A stretch of DNA of 64,000 bases from Lama guanicoe (Eukaryota): NCBI GenBank assembly GCA_013239625.1, contig MU053810.1:1125320-1189319 (forward strand), read 5' to 3'. The translations under genes and the position numbers were made by a program. Numbering within the stretch: the first letter of the stretch is position 1; each line of letters begins with the position of its first letter. The notes under the pieces were generated by a model. It was not told the origin of the DNA. It did not search any database and was given only the letters and a program-made list of their open reading frames with translations. Shown piece by piece: positions 54,166-64,000 of this stretch.

Positions 54166-54639
54166 TAGAATATGTATCATATAAGTTTACTTTGTATTTC
54201 CTCTCACAGAAATTTAAGTTGCATTTTTTAAATTGCTTTAAAAGCATTTTTGAATTGCTTTTGTTGTTGTTTTTTTTTTACTGCCCTTCACATAGTTGGA
54301 GCTCAGTAATTATTTATTAAGTAGGTCAGTAAGAAATGCAAAGGGAATTCCCACAGATACGGGACTACAGGAGGCCTGCAAGGCAGTCCATCAAGATTGG
54401 GTCAGGACCATAAACTGCAATAGGAACATCTTCAAGAAAATGTGTAAGTCCACAATTACTTCATAGATTGATTCTATTTAGAGGATTTTTTATACCTAAT
54501 TTATACAATCAAGTGAAAGAAAAATAGGAAGTAAAGTACAAGAAAAATAACAATTGTTTAAGAACTTAACTGTTATAAACTTAAATATATATGTGATTAA
54601 GGGCAATATTTGTATAGTTATGATAGTATGAACACTATG

Positions 54640-54960
54640 AATTTTTTTTAATTGAAGGATAGTCAATTACTGTGTCAATTTCTGTGTACAGCACAGTGTC
54701 CTAGTCTTGCATATATACATACGCATATTTGTTTTCATATTTTTCTCCATTAAAGGTTATTACAAGATATTGAGCATAGTTCCCTGTGCTATACATAAGA
54801 AACTTTTTCTTTTAACCTATTTTTATATATAGTGGCTAACATCTGCAAATCTCAAACTCCCAAATGTATCCCCTCCCGGCTCCTTTCTCCGGTAACCATA
54901 AGACTACTAAGTCTGAGAGTCTGTTTCTGTTTTGTAGATGAGTTAATAGTGTCCTTTTTT
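54640..54960 (-). mobile_element. L1 3'UTR fragment
   Basis: aattgaaggatagtcaattac...aggttattacaagatattgagcatagttccctgtgctatac...gagtctgtttctgttttgtagatgag. Confidence 0.9.
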
Positions 54961-56811
54961 TTAACCAAAAATTATAACAATTCATGAATATATGAAAAGA
55001 AATATATGCATTGGAGAATGGAGCAGTATATGACTTATGTCCTCATTCCCCATAGAACAAAGCCAGTAGATTGTACCTAAAATTAAAAAATCAAGAATTA
55101 GCATTATAAATATCTTATTTAGACACATCAGAAAATGCATCAAAATAGATAAAATAGTTAAAAATGAATGTATCCAAAGCAAGGCAATATAATGAGTATT
55201 GGATGAGACACGGACTACTTGATGTAGAATTCAACTTCTAAAACTCCATTTGTGTATTCTTTTAATAAAAATTACCATTAATTTAAAGGAAATTTTATTT
55301 GGATAAGAGAGGTTATATCTGATGAATTGATAAGACTTCTGTTTTTTAAAGAATCATGTTTCTGAAGCCTGGGATTTTCAATCAGGTTGTGTATTTTTCA
55401 TTGTGATTACAGTCTCCATATATAATCTGAAAGTTCATTCCTGATGAAAAAAAGGAGATTTTCTTGTGAATTAAAATTCCCTGGCCAAGTGATTTTTCTC
55501 AAGTGGACTTTTAAATATTAAAATTCTTAGAAATTGTACATTTATACTTTTGCGGGAGAGAAATAAGCCATTGCTGAAATTTCTGCTATTTCAGTAGACA
55601 AAACAGACAAAGTTATCTCAATTTTTTCCTGGAAAGTTTACCTCTTGCATTTTAGCATAAAATAAACACCCACCCAAGAAAGAAAGACAAGGGAAAGAGC
55701 AAGGGAGAACCTCGATAAGACTTTTAAAGGAAATGCCTTCTTCTCAGTTTCTCACACTTTTATGTGTGTTATTCCTCACTTTGAATTAATTGCTCTCGGA
55801 TCTGTAGGCTTGACGTTATTCACAATTTTTCCTAAAAATTACGAAGGTCAGTTTGCCAAGAAGCCTTGGCTGTTTTCCCGCTGTGCTGCGGCTGTGACCC
55901 AGGCATCAGAGTGAAAGTACAGGTGAGCCGGAACATTGAAAACTTACAGTTTTCCCTTGGTTAGGTTTGCAGTGAATATACAGGAATGCACATTTATCAG
56001 TTGAAAACAATTTGTGACTCGCTTGTTTCTGTCTCCCAGTGGATCGTGTGAAAGCAGTTGAACCAAATGAGGTGCAGTTCTTTACTGCTCACTTAGCATG
56101 AGTTATTGTTTGTACTGGGAAATTGTTTGAGAAGGTATTTGTGAAGAGGCTTTAATTCTAGCATCTTTATTGCCTTTCCGAAGAAAGTTCATTTAAATAT
56201 GTGCTACGTTAGCGACTTTTTAAATGTTCTCGATGACTCAGACTGCTTATGTAAACACACACTTCTGTTTTTTTTCAGTCTTTTTGTCATTTAGAGTGCA
56301 TGCACGGTACAGTAAAGTAGTGATGTAGAAATCCATTTTCTTGTGTTACAGAGAACATTTTAATATCCTGGAAATTATATTGTATAATCTTGCCAGAGTA
56401 CACAGCTCAGATTTCAATTTCCATTAATACTGTAGCCTATTTCAGATAAATTAAAAATTTCAATGTAATAGCCTTCATGATAAATGTTCATATTAAAGGT
56501 TTGAAGATTGGTACAAAGCCCAGTAGCACAAATGGTATATATAGGCTGTTTCCCGTGAGGCAGCACAAACCTAGTTAGTATATTTTCTGAAGCTCTATGC
56601 AAAGTTTTAGAGGCAGTTAATGTTTTTATTTAGTATTGCATCTTATTTTATAAGCAATTTGAGGCAGCATTTAAGTAACGTATATATTGAAGTGTATATG
56701 CATACACATATATGATGAGATTTGCTTCTTAGTTTATTACTCCAGCAATAGTGTGGAAAGCACATTAAGATGAACAGCAAAGATTGTTACAGGCAGCACA
56801 GTATAATTTCC

Positions 56812-57012
56812 TTTTTTTTTAATGGAAGTATAGTCTGTTTACAACGTGTCAGTTTCTGGTTTACAGCATAATGTTTCAATCGTACGTGTTCATACATATA
56901 TTCCTTTTCATGTTCTTTTTCATCACAGGTTACTACAAGATACTGAATATAGTTTCATGTGCTAGACAGTGGAAACTTGTTGTTTACCTATGTTAAGTAT
57001 AGTAATTAGTAT
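56812..57012 (-). mobile_element. L1 3'UTR fragment
   Basis: tttttaatggaagtatagtctgtttacaa...caggttactacaagatactgaatatagtt. Confidence 0.88.
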
Positions 57013-58741
57013 TATATAATTTTCAAAAGTTAAAAACATAACTTATGAGAATAAAAAAAGAATAAATGTCAAAATTATTTAACCAGAATATTAATGAGCA
57101 ACTCAGCAAGATCTTACAATGGATTGCATTTGAGGAACTGAATAGAATTTGTTTTTAATTTAGAGAGAAATTTGTTTAATTGCTTTTAGAACAAAACAGT
57201 CTAAACTTTGGGGGTTTTTGGGGGTTTTTTTTGTTTGTTTTTGGTGGATTTTTGTTTGTTTGTTTTTTGGTCAGGTTTTTTGTATCTCCACTGGTCACAA
57301 GCCTACCAGTTACCAAGTGTTTCCTAGAGTCTTATCTCTTACTAGCAAATAGCAAAGCCAAAAATGGTACTTTGTCCAAAAAAAATGAAAGAGTCTTTGG
57401 GTTGTCTCATTAATGTCCCAGTATGATACTGAAAGACATACTGTCCTTTTTTGTGTTTTATTCTTAAGTATTAGATAATATTCTGTAACTCAGTAGGTCA
57501 GAGAGGAGTTGACCATTTCCCACTATGGTGAGGAGTGGATGGAAGAGTTATTTAGGGTTGTGGAAGCAACTGGACCTAGAGGTGGGTAGAACCTGAGATG
57601 TAATCAAGACAAAGTTTCGGTTTCTGGCTTAAGACAATGGTGTTCTAATTTTACTACTAGGAAGAGAGAAGAGGTAGAATTTATGTGCGTGCAGAACCCA
57701 CTAATTAGAAATGTTTATAGTCCAGAGACATCCTTAGAAAAACTATAAACATTTCCTGTGGTGATGACCTCAGACAGCTGGAGGCCTTGTAGACAACTAA
57801 ATGGGAGAAATCTGGGTTACTTCGTAACAGACAGGTACCCGCTCCCAGCAGACTGATGTGAGGAGAAAAGGGGGAGAAAAAAATAGGAGTAATGCCACAA
57901 GCAACGTTGCTAGAAAATTTGCCTTGATTAGTCCTTACAGACGTTGGGGTGGGTTACAGTTTTATGAAAGACGTTCTACTGAGTGATAAGCAGATGAAGA
58001 AAGGAAAGATGGTCAGAAAACCACAGTTCCACCCAGGCCTGTTCTGTAGAAAGCCTTGCAAAAATAAATAGATTAAACTATATTAAGTTGATCACATGGA
58101 TTTTTAACATGTCAAGGATGTATGTTGTAAATAATAATTATGAAAGAATTTATGATTAATAAGCAAAGGGAAGGGAATAATAATATAAATGATTAATCAC
58201 AAAAGGCAATAAAGGAAAGAGGGAATCTAAAACAGATGGGAAAATAGTAAGTTGATATAAATCCTAGTATCTCAAATTACATTAGATATGCATGAAGTAA
58301 TTGGTTTAATTGAAAGTCAAAGATTGTCAGGATACATGGAAAAAAAGAAGAAAATAAAACTAAATCTATACTTCTTAACAGAGATCTATCTTAACTATAA
58401 ACACAGATAATTTATAGTAAAATAATGAAAAACAATAACACGCAAACATGAAGAAAAACATTAAGAAAAGTTAGGAAGCTGACAGAGAGGTGAAGGGGAC
58501 TTGCTTAAGGCTCTATTTTTAACTCTAATTTTCTTCTGTTTATAGATCCTATTTTCCTGCTTCCTCATATGCTTTTTTAAGTTTTAATTTGATGCTGGAC
58601 CCTGTGAATTCTATGTTGCTAAGTGCTGAAGTTCGATATAGTCCTTTATAAACGTTGTTCTAGAGGCACTTAAATTGTTTACAGTTCTGTGTGGTCCTTT
58701 TCAGGCTTCTTTTTAAGTTTTTTTGAAAAACAGGTTTAGGA

Positions 58742-59050
58742 TAGAAGTCAGCAAATTTTTACTGCAAAATTTTTTTTCTTTAACTTAAGGGAAACTTTAT
58801 TTAGTCTTCTTTTTAAAGCAATCAAATTTAGAAACAAGTTGAGGTTAAGAGAACAATATGTTCAGAGAGCGAGTATGTTCACCTTTGCGGGACGTATGGT
58901 CTTGATTGCTACTACTCAGCGGCCATTTCAGTGTGAAAGTGACCATAGGTAGTATGCAAACAAGTGGGCGCGGCTAAGGCTCAGTGCTATGTCATTTACT
59001 TAAACAGGTGAAGGCCACATTTGGTCCTGAGACTGTAGTTCCAATCCATG
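58742..59050. mobile_element. MER58A-like DNA transposon interrupted by a ~90-bp insert, nested in old L1-like sequence
   Basis: gtcagcaaatttttactgcaaa ... ctttgcgggacgtatggtct..actactcagc..gtgtgaaagtgaccatag..ggccacatttggtcc. Confidence 0.75.
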
Positions 59051-60129
59051 GTCTGGAATCTACCTCCTTCTAGAGTTACTTTGCCCATTATTAAATTGTA
59101 CCCTTTCTGGAGTTGCTACTGAATGTCCTGTTTAGTCACCAAAGATTCTCCACTCTGGGTGGCAGAAACTAAGATACTTGGCTTTCTGTAAACTCTGGTC
59201 ATTTTTCAGTTTATATTTTAGTCATTGTTTTCTTAGGAGTTGTTCTGTGTCTTTCTTTGTGGATTTAACTACAAAGACGAAAATTAGGATTCAGCAGAGA
59301 CTTAAGCATGTCCCTGGATCGCTTTACCTTCTTTTCTCCCTCCTCCCTGCCTTACAAATTCTAGCCGTCCCAGCCTCTACCTCCTCAATTCAGTGCGACC
59401 TCACTTCTGCTGGTCTACAGTCTAGCAAGTGCCTCCAGGAAGTCTGGGGTAATCCTAGATAGGATTTGCCTTTTTTCCCTTTCTCGAAGGGACTACAATC
59501 CTGTGCTTTCTGTTGAGTGTCTGAAGACACTTGTTGAATAGATTTTCCCCAGGTTTCTAGTTGTTTATGGCTGAAGAATGATTTTATACCTTCTTACTCT
59601 TTCTTACTCTGTGTGCTAGGAGCAAAAGTCCTATTGTTACTGATTTTGATGCTGAAATTATTTCTGATTTTACCATTAATTTTCTCTAAGTTGACTCAAC
59701 CTTTCATCATAATGCTGTAATTTTTTGAGCACATCATTTTATTTTGGTACAAAAAAAACTTCCAGTCTCATCTTGGACTTTATTTTTTTAGCCCCAAATA
59801 AACAGTTTTCCCAAGAAAACCTCATTGCTTTTAATGGGGAATAGTATTTAAATATTGTAAAGTTTGGGGCAGAGAAGGGACATTCAATTTATATAAGATA
59901 TTACCAGGACCCTTTATTGTTTAATGGACCATACAGGACATGGGTAGGGTACAGAGATCAGGAAGGAAAGCACTGCAATAAAATCACAAAGAATGATAAT
60001 GGCTTGAACCAAAATAGTAACAGTAGAGGTGATGAGATAAATTCTAATGGTGGGATTGACAGTTGACAGAATTCGATGAAATGTTACATATGAGTTATGA
60101 GATGAAAAAGTATATGTATTACTATTACA

Positions 60130-60485
60130 GTTCCTAGAACTTGGGACCACCCTCAGTTACCAAATGAACCTCCATCCAAAATTTGTTTGGATATTAAGAC
60201 TGATGACACCACATACACATCAAGATGGTTTAAGAATGTCTATTACTCACATAACGAGGCTTTCTGGGAACTGAAGGAAGCTCCCAGGCATGTCCGAAAC
60301 TAGTTTTATAGAGCAAGGAAAGGAAGCTGGCTTAGAGTTTTATGGTGGTTAGAGGGAGGGACCCGGCTGAACGTTCCTGTGCACAGGAAGAGGCTTGCGT
60401 GGTTTTAATCTCCTACTAATGGGGAGCACCTTTCCCCTATTACCAGCTGTCCCGGATGTGTGGCACAGTGGGGAAGAGCTGTCAG
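60130..60485. mobile_element. Probable ERVL-class LTR fragment, family not assigned
   Basis: GC-richer block with tattactcacataacgaggctttctggg and ttttatggtggttag, reminiscent of MER76/LTR53-type LTRs. Confidence 0.5.
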
Positions 60486-60625
60486 TGACAATGAATATAT
60501 ATATGTTCATGTATGGCTGAAAAATTATGCTCTACACTGTAATTTGACACAACATTGTAAAATGACTATAACTCACTAAAAAGTGTTAAAAAATAAAAAT
60601 AAAATAAAACAGTTAAAAAAATAAA
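60486..60625 (+). mobile_element. Short young L1 3' end with A-rich tail
   Basis: gctctacactgtaatttgacacaacattgtaaaatgactataactca, same subfamily as 4470-4935. Confidence 0.9.
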
Positions 60626-62985
60626 GATACACACTCTACTCTTAGGTAGTTGATGTCTTTGGACAAAACAGAGAAGATAATTTAGAAGTAGGTAAATAAC
60701 AATGGTTGGTCGTTTCCTTTGATATTTATCAAAATGTGTTATTTTATGGGTAAAATGCATGATAGCAGTGAAATTATTGATGTGGAGGGCTTTCTGTTCA
60801 AAATGAATCATGTGCAATATTTGAAATATTATGTTTTAAAATTATGCAGGTATTTATGTTTTTGAAATGTAAAACTTAATGATTGTGACTATCTTAAACT
60901 ATTAGCTATATTGGTTGTGTAATATATTGGGTTCTATTCTACACTTCCATTTAGGAACATGTCCAAATTATTTTCTTGTTTGTTTTAAGAGAATTAGATT
61001 TGAACTTGATTCACTCGCTTTGTAGAAGAGCATCTTTAAAACCAGTAAATTTGTTTTTACTCCCCAAACAAATTGGAATGGACAGAATCAATACAAATGT
61101 CAATTGTGTAAAATTAAATGATCTAGTAATCTCTCAGGTTCTCAACAGATTCATGAGAAATAATGCGTCTGGTAGTCAACACCACGATTTCTGTCCTTCC
61201 GTGGTCTTATGTCTTGTAATAGTTGACCTGTTCCTGCTCTTCAAGTCAATGGATTTAAAAAATAATTCTGAAGACAATAGACCTGGGTCCAAATTGCATT
61301 TCTGCTCTTGAAAAATCATGTCATTTAATATCTATAATTCTCATTTTTCTCATTTATAAGTGAGAGGGTTAGTGTAAGTGATCTCCATTTCTGTGTAGCT
61401 CAGATATGCTTTAATGTTGTGATGCTAAGTCAAGCTCTGTCATTGGAACATTAAAGGTCTTTTGCTTTATCCCCAATCTGCTACTTGAACTGGGCAACTA
61501 AATAAAAATAGGTTAATCCTATACTGCAAGAAAAGAAAATGGTAGCAATTTACCCAGACAAGAAAGTTTTGTTAGAAGCAGAATGCACGGTTGAAACTTA
61601 CTTACAGAGGCTTTGCAAGTGTCAGGGCAATTTAATTAGGCAATTTCGAATGAGCAGTCCAGGAACAGCTTGGCACACAAAATGGTAGGAACCTTCAGAA
61701 CACAGCCTCCTCCCCAATGGTTTCTACACGACCTTCCATTCCTCTCCTTCCACTTCTCCCCTCTTAGCCTTCTATTTTCTAAAAATGTGAGACTGATCCA
61801 GGACATAAAAGCTTCTCTGTGAGATTTTATCCGTGGGTGTCTCCAACTCCCAGAACACTTTCCAGTCCATCCCCGAATCGTTTTCTGCCTCTAACCCACA
61901 CCAGTCCTCAACCACCAGACAGTCCATCTCAGGCCATGGAAGCTAGCATGTAGAAAGGAAGTAAGAAGTGATCTGGAAAGGAAGGAGAAGTTACCAGCTC
62001 TCCTACCTGGCAGACGACGAAGATGGGAAAGAAGACAGAGTAAACGTAATGTTGATGTCCCAAGTTGGATCTCTGAACAACTTTTTCTCCTGAACTGTTG
62101 TCACCCATGGTGGTTACATTCTATTGTACAACTGGAGCAGGCTAACACTAATGCCATGACCGTGCTGTATTGACCTGCCTCATCATTTCCAAGGCACTTT
62201 CATTCATTGGTCTAATTTGACAAGATTTACTGATTACCCACAGGGGGCCAGGCACTGTCCTAGGCACTTGGTGATACAAACAATGGTCTTTCTAATTAGC
62301 TTAACTTTTCTAGGTTTTACTATTATTTTTTCTCTTTTCAGAGAGGGAGACCAAGTGTAGGTGTAGATCCAAGTCATAAAACTAAATATCAGCATAAGCG
62401 CAAATCCGTGTGTTCAGAAGCACTGCTCTTTATCTTAAATGCTGTGAAAACATCTTTATGATTGATGTTGCTTTATAGGGAGATTCCTTCTAAGATTCCA
62501 AACAACTGACACACACTCATTTTGGAGAAAAAAATCTGTTGGAAAGTTGAATATTACTTGTATATTCATGCTACTGCTTCTAAGGAAGTATCATATATGC
62601 ATTTGGCGTCTAAGTGGAGTGCGTGGATGCAGATGGAGCGTATTTCCAATACCCCATCATACATAAGCTCTTACTACCCTAAAAGTTTTGTTTCAGGGTA
62701 AAGAATTGAAACCCTCACTTTAACTTTCGGATTTAATTCGCATCCTCGAATGTACTTTACAAGAAATGCTGTATTTTAGGAGACTTGAGGCACTTTGCTA
62801 AATCAACAGAATACTGCTTAATTTTTCTTTTCGTGTTGAATGATCCTGTGGGTGATCTATATGCCAGATCCCTGGAGGAGATTTGCAGGGAGAGGTAGGG
62901 AGTCCGTCATCTCAAGCTCCTAAGAACACTATGTTTCTCTATGTATTAAAATGAATCTACTCTTACTCCCTTTTAACCTCACTAA

Positions 62986-63381
<396 letters not shown>

Positions 63382-63387
63382 TGACAA

Positions 63388-63668
63388 GTGTGCTGGTCCC
63401 CCAGGGCTGCACAACAGAGCGCTGGACACTGGGTGGTGAAGACAACAGGCGTTTATTGTCTCCCAGTTTGGGTGACTAGAAGTCTGAAGTCAAGGTGTCA
63501 GGAGGGCTGGTTCCTTTTAGTGAGGGCTGTGAGGAGAGTCATCTGGTCCACGCCTCTCACCTTGCTTCCGATAGCCTCAGTGACTGCTTGACTTGTATGT
63601 GGTTTTCCTGTGTCTTCCATTGTCTTCCCCCATGCATGCCTGTCTCTGGGTCTAAATTTCCCTTTTTC
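63388..63668 (-). mobile_element. MLT1 (MaLR) LTR fragment, MLT1C-like
   Basis: ccagggctgc..actgggtgg..acaacagg..tttattgtctcccagt..agaagtctgaagtcaaggtgtc..gggctggttcctt..tgagggctgtgagg. Confidence 0.82.
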
Positions 63669-63764
63669 ATTTTATTTATTTATGTTAAAAAATCATGCCT
63701 TTTATTTCATATTATTCCACTTGTTTTACCTTGGTGGTTTTTCCTGTATGTGTATTTCTTATTT

Positions 63765-64000
63765 AAAAATTTTTTTCATACAATTTTTAAAGATGACACT
63801 CCATTTAGAGTTATTACAGAAAATTGGCACTATTCCCCGTGTTGTACAATGCATCCTTGAGCCTGCCTGATACTCACTGGTTTGTCCCTCCCACCTCTCC
63901 ACTCCTAGATTGCTTTCCCCACTGGTAACCACTGGTTTGTTCTCTGTATCTGTGAGTCTGTTTCTTTTTTGTTACAGTCACTAGTTTGTTGTATTTTTAA
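63765..64000 (-). mobile_element. L1 3'UTR fragment running off the window end
   Basis: ttattacagaaaattggcactattccccgtgttgtacaat..ccactggtaaccactggtttgttctctgtatctgtgagtctgtttc. Confidence 0.85.

Overview
AT-rich mammalian genomic DNA lying entirely inside one large + strand gene. Six internal coding exons (17200-17356, 20917-21027, 24420-24633, 40316-40563, 44269-44560, 63038-63283) have AG/GT boundaries and compatible phases. They splice into one uninterrupted frame encoding MAM(partial)-LDLa-MAM-LDLa-MAM(partial), which I recognise as MALRD1 (Diet1). No start or stop codon of the gene is in the window. The introns are mostly decayed transposable elements (L1, MIR, L2, MLT1, MER5A, MER58, MER33). 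Three tRNA-Ala-derived Vic-1-like SINEs point to a camelid genome (inference). I found no convincing new biological system. The best leads are an old ~0.8 kb local duplication, a dense nuclear-receptor half-site cluster, an NFAT:AP-1/octamer composite site, non-consensus residues including an extra Cys in one MAM exon, a candidate recursive/poison splice unit, and several L1 rearrangement scars. Repeat family names come from recalled consensus sequences, not a database search, and repeat boundaries are approximate.
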